64,000 bases of DNA. Source: Octopus sinensis (Eukaryota). The notes beneath the pieces are model-generated. The model saw only the letters and a list, made by a program, of their open reading frames with translations, made no database searches and was not told where the DNA came from. Shown piece after piece: positions 52,371 to 64,000 of the stretch. The stretch spans positions 1 through 64,000 of the forward strand of contig NW_021832392.1 in the NCBI RefSeq assembly GCF_006345805.1, given 5' to 3'. Position 1 is the stretch's first letter, and each line of letters starts with the position of its first letter. The position numbers and the translations under genes were made by a program.

Positions 52371-53009
52371 GAGACTTATCTCCGCTTACTCGCCATCGCA
52401 CTTAAATCCGGCAACAGAAAATTTGAAATTAATTGGGTCCCCGGATACGTTGCTACGGTTTCAAACTAAACTGAGGTAAGGCATTTGAATTTCATTTGGG
52501 CCCATTTGACGAATAAGTCCTGGGGTCGATTTGCTCGACTAAAAAAAAAAAAAGGCTGGTGCTCCAGCATGGCCGCTGTGGAAATGAGTGAAACAAGTAA
52601 AAGAGTAAAGGGTATACTGTATAGGTTTAAGAGCCATGGTAATATTTATATGTGATGAAATGTTGACCATAAGTAAAATTTACATCCAGTCTCGGACTAA
52701 TTTTATCTTTGGCTGCTATTTCTAGCATATAGATAGCCTGCTTGAAGGCATGAAGGGTATGTATATATATATATATATATTATATATATATATGTTCTTT
52801 TATTTAACTTGTTTCAGTCATTTGTCTGTGGCCATGCTGGAGCACTGCCTTTAGTCGAGCAAATCGACACCAGGACTTATATTTTGTAAGCCTATTGCTT
52901 ATTCTATCGTTCTCTATTTGCCGAACCGCTAATTAAGTTATGTTATCGTAGTTTTGTTAACTTTGGCTGCTGTTTCTAGCATATAGATAGCCTGCTTGAA
53001 GGCCTGAAT

Positions 53010-53058
<49 letters not shown>

Positions 53059-53434
53059 TTATATATATGTTCTTTTATTTAACTTGTTTCAGTCATTTGT
53101 CTGTGGCCATGCTGGAGCACTGCCTTTAGTCGAGCAAATCGACCCCAAGACTTATTCTTTTTAAGCCTATCGTTTCTTGCCGAGCCGCTAATTGACGGGG
53201 ATGTAAACACCCCAGCATCGGTTGTCAAGTGATGTGGGGGGGGGACAAACAGACACACACACTCACACACATATATATATGTATATATATTTATATACGA
53301 TGGGCTTCTTTCAGTTTCCATCTACTAAATCTATTCATACACACACACACATATATATATGTATGTATATGTATATATATATATATGTATGTATATGTAT
53401 ATATATATATATATATGTATGTATATGTATATAT

Positions 53435-53466
<32 letters not shown>

Positions 53467-53482
53467 GTATGTATATGTATAT

Positions 53483-53514
<32 letters not shown>

Positions 53515-54236
53515 GTATGTATATGTATATATATATATGTATGTATATGTATATATATATATATGTATATGTATGTATATGTATATGTATGTATATGTAT
53601 ATATATGTATATGTATATATATGTATATGTATGTATATGTATATGTATGTATATGTATGTATATGTATATGTACGAACACATTTGCGAACACACACTGAC
53701 GCTCGACTTTCCATCACTCAACAGATAAGGTAAATTGATTTTGTAATTTACTTTTTGTCGCTAAATTTTGGTAGCGTACGTTCTTGAAAAATGGAAATTT
53801 TACACAATTTTTCCTGAATCCTCATCTTTCACTTAACTGAAAAAAAAAAACAAAATCCGCATTTTTTCATCACTTTTCCAGAATTATCTCTTCTTACTAT
53901 TTCTTTATTTTCTATTAATTCTTATTCTTTTTTTGGGTGTGGGCCAAATACGTAAAATATACAAAGATTTGAACTCTGATAGAAATTTCCGAGGTGGCAC
54001 CTCGGGTAAGTGATTTGTTTCAGTCATTTGCCTGTGCCATGCTGGAGCACTGCCTTTAGTCGAGCAAATCGACACCAGGACTTATATTTTGTAAGCCTAT
54101 TGCTTATTCTATCGTTCTCTATTTGCCGAACCGGTAATTAAGTTATGTTATCGTATTTTGTTAACTTTGGCTGCTATTTCTAGCATATAGATAGCCTGCT
54201 TGAAGGCCTGAATGGTAAATATATATATATAATATC

Positions 54237-54280
<44 letters not shown>

Positions 54281-54523
54281 TAATATTTATATTTTATATA
54301 TATGTTCTTTTATTTACATTGTTTCAGTCATTTGTGTGTGGCCATGCTGGAGCACTGCCTTTAGTCGAGCAAATCGACCCCAAGACTTATTCTTTTTAAG
54401 CCTATCGTTTCTTGCCGAGCCGCTAATTGACGGGGATGTAAACACCCCAGCATCGGTTGTCAAGTGATGTGGGGGGGGAGGACAAATAGACACACACACT
54501 CACACACATATATATATGTATAT

Positions 54524-54555
<32 letters not shown>

Positions 54556-56662
54556 GTATGTATATGTATATATGTATGTATATGTATATATATATATGTA
54601 TGTATATGTATATATATATATGTATATGTATGTATATGTATATGTATGTATATGTATATATATGTATATGTATATATATGTATATGTATGTATATGTATG
54701 TATATGTATATGTATGTATATGTACGAACACATTTGCGAACACACACTGACGCTCGACTTTCCATCACTCAACAGATAAGGTAAATTGATTTTGTAATTT
54801 ACTTTTTGTCGCTAAATTTTGGTAGCGTACGTTCTTGAAAAATGGAAATTTTACACAATTTTTCCTGAATCCTCATCTTTCACTTAACTGAAAAAAAAAA
54901 ACAAAATCCGCATTTTTTCACTTTTTCCAGAATTATCTCTTCTTACTATTTCTTTATTTTCTATTTAATTCTTATTATTTTTTTGGGTGTGGGCCAAATA
55001 CGTAAAATATACAAAGATTTGAACTCTGATAGAAATTTCCGAGGTGGCACCTCGGGTAAGTGATTTGTTTCAGTCATTTGCCTGTGGCCATGCTGGAGCA
55101 CTGCCTTTAGTCGAGCAAATCGACACCAGGACTTATATTTTGTAAGCCTATTGCTTATTCTATCGTTCTCTATTTGCCGAACCGCTAATTAAGTTATGTT
55201 ATCGTAGTTTTGTTAACTTTGGCTGCTATTTCTAGCATATAGATAGCCTGCTTGAAGGCCTGAATGGTATATATATATATATATATATAATATATATATA
55301 TATATTTATATATTTATATATATGTTCTTTTATTTAACTTGTTTCAGTCATTTGTCTGTGGCCATGCTGGAGCACTGCCTTTAGTCGAGCAAATCGATCC
55401 CAAGACATTCTTTTTAAGCCTATCGTTTCTTGCCGATCCGCTAATTGACGGGGATGTAAACACCCCAGCATCGGTTGTCAAGCGATGTGGGGTGGGGGGA
55501 CAAACACACACTCACACATATATATATGTATATATATATATTTATATACGATTGGCTTCTTTAAGTTTCCATCTACTAAATCTATTCATACACACACACA
55601 CACACACACATATATATATGTATGTATATGTATATATATATATATGTATGTATATATATATATGTATGTATATGTATATATATATATATGTATGTATATG
55701 TATATATATATATGTATGTATATGTATATATATATATATATGTATGTATATGTATATATATATGTATGTATATGTATATATATATATATGTATGTATATG
55801 TATATATATATATGTATGTATATGTATATATATATATATGTATGTATATGTATATATATATGTATGTATATGTATATATATATGTATGTATATGTATATA
55901 TATATATGTATGTATATGTATATATATGTATGTATATGTATGTATGTATATGTATATATATGTATATGTATGTATATGTATATATATGTATATGTATGTA
56001 TATGTATATATATATATGTATGTATATGTATATATATATATGTATGTATATGTATATATATGTATATGTATGTATATGTATGTATATGTATGTATATGTA
56101 TGTATGTATGTATATATATGTATATGTATGTATATGTATGTATATGTATGTATATGTATGTATGGTATGTGTATGTATATATATGTATATATATGTATAT
56201 ATATATGTATGTATATGTATGTATATGTATATATATGTATATGTATATATATGTATGTGTATATATATGTGTGTGTATATATATGTGTGTATATATATAT
56301 ACATATATAATATATATATATATATATCTATCTTATGATAAAAGGCCCACACAGGAAGTGTGGTTGTAAGTGAAGTGCTTTTGTTAGTGTGTGTAAAGAG
56401 CCAGAGAAAGTAATGTTGTGCTGTGTGTGTATGTGTGAAAGACAGACATCACTTTTTTTATTCACTGTTTGTAGTGTGTGACTGAGAGAGAAAAGAAGAG
56501 AGAGAGGTTATGTATGTATGGCTTTAGCGACACACACACAAAAACTCATACCAACGTTACACCGAAAGCGCGCGCACACAAACGTAACGGGCTCTATCTG
56601 TCTGGTTTGCCATTCCTCACACACACACATACACACGCAAACATGTGTGTATTTGTTATTAG

Positions 56663-56698
56663 TATAAAAGGCGCCAAACAATATTCAGTTTCTCATTC
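56663..56698 (+). promoter_or_regulatory. Putative Pol II core promoter (TATA box + Inr)
   Basis: TATAAAAG at 56663-56670 and TCATTC (Inr TCAKTY) with A at 56695, 32 nt downstream. Confidence 0.5.
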
Positions 56699-57029
56699 GA
56701 ACACATTTGCGAACACACACTGACGCTCGACTTTCCATCACTCAACAGATAAGGTAAATTGATTTTGTAATTTACTTTTTGTCGCTAAATTTTGGTAGCG
56801 TACGTTCTTGAAAAATGGAAATTTTACACAATTTTTCCTGAATCCTCATCTTTCACTTAACTGAAAAAAAAAAACAAAATCCGCATTTTTTCACTTTTTC
56901 CAGAATTATCTCTTCTTAATTATTTCTTTACTTTCTATTTAATTCTTATTATTTTTTTGGGTGTGGGCCAAATACGTAAAATATACAAAGATTTGAACTC
57001 TGATAGAAATTTCCGAGGTGGCACCTCGG
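56695..57029 (+). other. Putative non-coding exons 1 (56695-56753) and 2 (56904-57029) with a 150 nt intron
   Basis: AAG|GTAAAT donor, tttttcactttttccAG acceptor, CGG|GTAAGT donor; no ATG-led ORF. Confidence 0.4.
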
Positions 57030-57513
57030 GTAAGTGATTTGTTTCAGTCATTTGCCTGTGGCCATGCTGGAGCACTGCCTTTAGTCGAGCAAATCGACAC
57101 CAGGACTTATATTTTGTAAGCCTATTGCTTATTCTATCGTTCTTTATTTGCCGAACCGCTAATTAAGTTATGTTATCGTAGTTTTGTTAACTTTGGCTGC
57201 TATTTCTAGCATATAGATAGCCTGCTTGAAGGCCTGAATGGTAAATATATATATATATATATCTATATATATATTTATATATTTATATATATGTTCTTTT
57301 ATTTACATTGTTTCAGTCATTTGTGTGTGGCCATGCTGGAGCACTGCCTTTAGTCGAGCAAATCGACCCCAAGACTTATTCTTTTTAAGCCTATCGTTTC
57401 TTGCCGAGCCGCTAATTGACGGGGATGTAAACACCCCAGCATCGGTTGTCAAGTGATGGGGGGGGGGGAGGACAAATAGACACACACACTCACACACATA
57501 TATATATGTATAT

Positions 57514-57545
<32 letters not shown>

Positions 57546-58256
57546 GTATGTATATGTATATATGTATGTATATGTATATATATATATGTATGTATATGTA
57601 TATATATATATGTATATGTATGTATATGTATATGTATGTATATGTATATATATGTATATGTATATATATGTATATGTATGTATATGTATGTATATGTATA
57701 TGTATGTATATGTACGAACACATTTGCGAACACACACTGACGCTCGACTTTCCATCACTCAACAGATAAGGTAAATTGATTTTGTAATTTACTTTTTGTC
57801 GCTAAATTTTGGTAGCGTACGTTCTTGAAAAATGGAAATTTTACACAATTTTTCCTGAATCCTCATCTTTCACTTAACTGAAAACAAAAAACAAAATCCG
57901 CATTTTTTCACTTTTTCCAGAATTATCTCTTCTTAATTATTTCTTTACTTTCTATTTAATTCTTCTTATTTTTTTGGGTGTGGGCCAAATACGTAAAATA
58001 TACAAAGATTTGAACTCTGATAGAAATTTCCGAGGTGGCACCTCGGGTAAGTGATTTGTTTCAGTCATTTGCCTGTGGCCATGCTGGAGCACTGCCTTTA
58101 GTCGAGCAAATCGACACCAGGACTTATATTTTGTAAGCCTATTGCTTATTCTATCGTTCTTTATTTGCCGAACCGCTAATTAAGTTATGTTATCGTAGTT
58201 TTGTTAACTTTGGCTGCTATTTCTAGCATATAGATAGCCTGCTTGAAGGCCTGAAT

Positions 58257-58322
<66 letters not shown>

Positions 58323-58634
58323 TATATATATTTATATATTTATATATATGTTCTTTTATTTAACTTGTTTCAGTCATTTGTCTGTGGCCATACTGGAGCA
58401 CTGCCTTTAGTCGAGCAAATCGACCCCAAGACTTATTCTTTTTAAGCCTTTCGTTTCTTGCCGAGCCGCTAATTGACGGGGATGTAAACACCCCAGCATC
58501 GGTTGTCAAGTGATGTGGGGGGGGGGGACAAACAGACACACACACTCACACACATATATATATGTATATATATTTATATACGATGGGCTTCTTTCAGTTT
58601 CCATCTACTAAATCTATTCATACACATACACACA

Positions 58635-58672
58635 TATATGTGTGTATATGTATATATATATGTATGTATATG

Positions 58673-58703
<31 letters not shown>

Positions 58704-58782
58704 ATGTATATATATATATGTATATGTATATATATATATGTATGTATGTATATATATATATATGTATGTATTGTATATATAT

Positions 58783-58816
<34 letters not shown>

Positions 58817-59212
58817 GTATATTATATATATATATATAATGTATATATATATGTAATGTATATATATGTAATGTATATATATATGTAATGTATATATATA
58901 TATGTATATGTATATATTATATATGTATATATATATTGTATATATATATAATATGTATATGTATATTATATATATGTATATGTATATATATATATGTATT
59001 GTATATATATATATATGTATGTATATATATATGTATGTATATATATATATATATGTATGTATATGTATATATATATATGTATGTATATGTATATATATAT
59101 GTATGTATATGTATATATATATATGTATGTATATGTATATATATATATGTATGATATATATATATATGTATATATATATGTATGTATAGTATATATATAT
59201 ATATAATGTATG

Positions 59213-59243
<31 letters not shown>

Positions 59244-59310
59244 GTATGTATATGTATATATTATATATATGTATGTTATGTATATGTATATATATATATA
59301 TATATGTATG

Positions 59311-59342
<32 letters not shown>

Positions 59343-60446
59343 TATGTATATATATATATATATGTATGTTATGTATATATATATATATGTATGTTATGTA
59401 TATATATATATATGTATGTTATGTATATTATATATATATGTAATGTATATATATATATATTGTATGTATATGTATATATATATATATATGTATGTATATG
59501 TATATATATATATATATGTATGTATGTTATATATATATATATATATGTATGTATATGTATATATATATATATGTATGTATATGTATATATATATATATAT
59601 GTATGTATATGTTATATATATATATGTATGTATATGTATATTATATATATATGTATGTATATGTATATATATATATATATGTATGTATGTATATATATAT
59701 ATAGTATGTATATATATATTATGTATGTATATGATATATATATATATATATGTATGTATAATGTATATATATATGTATGTATATATATATATATGTATGT
59801 ATATATAATATATATATATATATATGTATATATATGTATATGTATATATATATGTATATGTATTATATATGTATATGTTATATATATGTATGTATATGTA
59901 TATAATATGTATATGTATATATATATATATATATATATGTAATGTATATATATATATATATATATGTATGTATATGTATATATATATATATGTATGATAT
60001 GTATATATATATATATATTATGTATATATGTATATATAATATATGTATGTATATATATATATGTATGTATATGTATATATATATATATGTATGTATATAT
60101 ATATATATATGTATGTATATATATTATATATATATATGTATGTATATAATATATATATTATATATATATATGTTATATATGTATATGTATGTATATGTAT
60201 ATTATATATATGTATATGTAATATATGTATATGTATATATGTATGTATATGTATATATAGTATATATATGTATATATATTATATATGTATATATAATATA
60301 TATATATGTATATATGTATATATATATGTATTATGTATATATATATATATGTATAATGTATATATATGTATATATATATATATATGTATATGTATATATA
60401 TATATGTATATATGTATATGTATATATATGTATATGTATGTATATG

Positions 60447-60495
<49 letters not shown>

Positions 60496-60640
60496 GTATG
60501 TATATGTATATATATATATATATGTATATATGTATATGTATATGTATGTATATGTATATATATGTATATGTATATATATGTATATGTATATATATGTATA
60601 TGTATGTATATGTATGTATATGTATATGTATGTATATGTA
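58635..60640. repeat. Compound (TA)n/(TATG)n/(TATATG)n microsatellite, ~2 kb
   Basis: Direct reading of the sequence. Confidence 0.95.
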
Positions 60641-61182
60641 CGAACACATTTGCGAACACACACTGACGCTCGACTTTCCATCACTCAACAGATAAGGTAA
60701 ATTGATTTTGTAATTTACTTTTTGTCGCTAAATTTTGGTAGCGTACGTTCTTGAAAAATGGAAATTTTACACAATTTTTCCTGAATCCTCATCTTTCACT
60801 TAACTGAAAAAAAAAAACAAAATCTGCATTTTTTCACTTTTTCCAGAATTTTCTCTTCTTACTTATTTCTTTATTTTCTATTTAATTCTTATTATTTTTT
60901 TGGGTGTGGGCCAAATACGTAAAATATACAAAGATTTGAACTCTGATAGAAATTTCCGAGGTGGCACCTCGGGTAAGTGATTTGTTTCAGTCATTTGCCT
61001 GTGGCCATGCTGGAGCACTGCCTTTAGTCGAGCAAATCGACACCAGGACTTATATTTTGTAAGCCTATTGCTTATTCTATCGTTCTTTATTTGCCGAACC
61101 GCTAATTAAGTTATGTTATCGTAGTTTTGTTAACTTTGGCTGCTATTTCTAGCATATAGATAGCCTGCTTGAAGGCCTGAAT

Positions 61183-61224
<42 letters not shown>

Positions 61225-61554
61225 ATATGATATATATATATATATATTATATATATTATATATATATGTTCTTTTATTTAACTTGTTTCAGTCATTTGTC
61301 TGTGGCCATACTGGAGCACTGCCTTTAGTCGAGCAAATCGACCCCAAGACTTATTCTTTTTAAGCCTTTCGTTTCTTGCCGAGCCGCTAATTGACGGGGA
61401 TGTAAACACCCCAGCATCGGTTGTCAAGTGATGTGGGGGGGGGGACAAACAGACACACACACTCACACACATATATATATGTATATATATTTATATACGA
61501 TGGGCTTCTTTCAGTTTCCATCTACTAAATCTATTCATACACATACACACATAT

Positions 61555-61591
61555 ATGTGTGTATATGTATATATATATATGTATGTATATG

Positions 61592-61622
<31 letters not shown>

Positions 61623-61708
61623 ATGTATATATATATATGTATATGTATATATATATATGATGTATATATATATATATATGTATGTATATATATATATATA
61701 TGTATATG

Positions 61709-61739
<31 letters not shown>

Positions 61740-61779
61740 GTATGTATATATATATATGTAATGTATATATATGTATATG

Positions 61780-61810
<31 letters not shown>

Positions 61811-61856
61811 GTATATATATTATATATATGTATATATATATATATATATGTATATG

Positions 61857-61916
<60 letters not shown>

Positions 61917-61961
61917 TATGTAATGTATATATATGTATATGTATATATATATATGTATATG

Positions 61962-61994
<33 letters not shown>

Positions 61995-63430
61995 GTATAT
62001 AATATGTATGTATATATGTATATGTATATATATATATGTATATATATGTATGTATATATATATATATGTATGTATATATATATGTATGTATATTATATAT
62101 ATATGTATGTATATGTATATATATATATGTATGTATATGTATATATATTATGTATGTATATGTATTATATATATGTATGTATATGTATATATATATATGT
62201 ATGTATATTATATATATATATATATGTATGTATATATATATATATATATATGTATATGTATATATATATATATGTTATGTATATGTATATATATATATAT
62301 ATGTATGTATATGTTATATATATATATATGTATGTATATATGTATATATATATATATATATGTATGTATATGATATATATATATATATATTATGTATATG
62401 TATATATATATATATATGTATGTATATGTATAATATATATATATATGTATGTATATGTATATATATATATATGTATGTATATGTATATATAATATATATA
62501 TGTATGTATATGTATATATATTATATATGTATGTATATGTATATATATTATATGTATGTATATGTATATATATATATATATGTATGTATATGTATATATA
62601 TTATATGTATGTATATATGTATATATATATATATGTATGTAATGTATATATATATATATGTATGTATATGTATATATATTATATATATGTATGTATATGT
62701 ATATATATATATATATGTATGTATATGTATATATATATATATATATATGTATGTATATATATATATATGTATGTATATATATATATATATGTATGTATAT
62801 GTATATATATATATGTATGTATATGTATATATATATGTATGTATATGTATATGTATATATATATATGTATGTATATGTATATATATATATATATATGTAT
62901 GTATATGTATATATATATATATATGTATGTATATGTATATATATATATATATGTATGTATATGTATATATATATATATGTATGTATATGTATATATATAT
63001 ATATATATGTATATGTATATATATATATATGTATGTATATGTATATATATATATATGTATGTATATGTATGTATATATATATATATGTATATTATATATA
63101 TGTATATATATATATATGTATGTAATATATATATATATGTATTATATATATATATGTATATATATATATTATTATATATATATATATATGTATATGTATA
63201 TATATATGTATATGTATATATATGTATGTATATATATATATATTATGTATATGTATATATATATATATGTATGTATATATATATGTTATGTATATATATA
63301 TATATATGTATGTATATGTATATATATATATATATGTATGTATATATATATATATATATATGTATGTATATGTATATATATATATGTATGTATATGTATA
63401 TATATATATGTTGTATATATATATATGTTG

Positions 63431-63463
<33 letters not shown>

Positions 63464-63604
63464 ATTATATATATATATGTATTATATGTATATATATATA
63501 TATGTATGTATATATATATATGTAGTATATGTATATATATATATATATATGTATGTTATATATATATGTATATATATGTATGTATATATATATATATATG
63601 TATG

Positions 63605-63635
<31 letters not shown>

Positions 63636-63834
63636 ATATATATATATATGTATGTATAATATATATATATGTATGTATATATATATATATAGTATGTATG
63701 TATATATATTGTATGTATATATATATATATATTATGTATATATATATATATATGTATGTATATATATATATATATGTATGTATATGTATATATATATGTA
63801 TGTATATGTATATATATATATATGTATGTATATG

Positions 63835-63881
<47 letters not shown>

Positions 63882-64000
63882 GTATATATATGTATATGTA
63901 TGTATATGTATATATATATATGTATATATATGTATATGTATGTATATGTATATATATATATATGTATATATATATATGTATGTATATGTATATATATATA
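61555..64000. repeat. Compound (TA)n/(TATG)n/(TATATG)n microsatellite, >2.4 kb, runs off the window
   Basis: Direct reading of the sequence. Confidence 0.95.

Larger units (their letters stand above)
52806..64000. repeat. Tandem macro-repeat, six units of ~1.0 to >3 kb (two SINE tails + (TATATG)n + unique block)
   Basis: The unique block 'cgaacacatttgcg...cacctcgggtaagtg' occurs at 53674, 54725, 56698, 57715 and 60641; SINE-tail pairs recur in each unit. Confidence 0.92.

Noticed and set aside
52377-52470. RNase H-like 'INWVPG' peptide
   Set aside because: The conserved His and the following GNE-x-AD motif are absent and a stop follows within a few codons.

Overview
Eukaryotic, repeat-saturated genomic DNA with no intact cellular protein-coding gene. 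The SINE families and extreme (TA)n/(CA)n/(GA)n load look like an octopod cephalopod (inference, no database search run). Positions 1-40 kb are a mosaic of segmental duplications built from tRNA-type SINEs and microsatellites: a ~1.6 kb composite block occurs six times and there is a ~3.77 kb tandem duplication. Inserted into this mosaic are a decayed APE/RT LINE (4.6-8.2 kb), a ~7.8 kb formerly autonomous Helitron (15.7-23.5 kb, minus) interrupted by a 5'-truncated CR1-like LINE, short non-autonomous Helitrons, two copies of another LINE 3' fragment, and a full-length RTE LINE (32.9-36.95 kb) whose first base starts a CPEB3/HDV-like ribozyme fold. 40.2-42.1 kb is a SINE-derived ~185 bp tandem array. 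42.9-49.35 kb is a CpG-rich non-coding 6.4 kb insert containing ~34 tandem ~116 bp units (GC hairpin plus oligo-T each) and nested repeats with TATAAAGTAGGGG motifs; it may be an orphan rDNA intergenic spacer or a Pol III small-RNA array. 52.8-64 kb is a tandem amplification of a block that includes a putative TATA/Inr promoter with two non-coding exons, plus kilobase (TATATG)n expansions. Nearly all ORFs in the supplied track are microsatellite artefacts. Many coordinates are approximate because boundaries lie in (TA)n, and some single-base differences may be sequencing errors.
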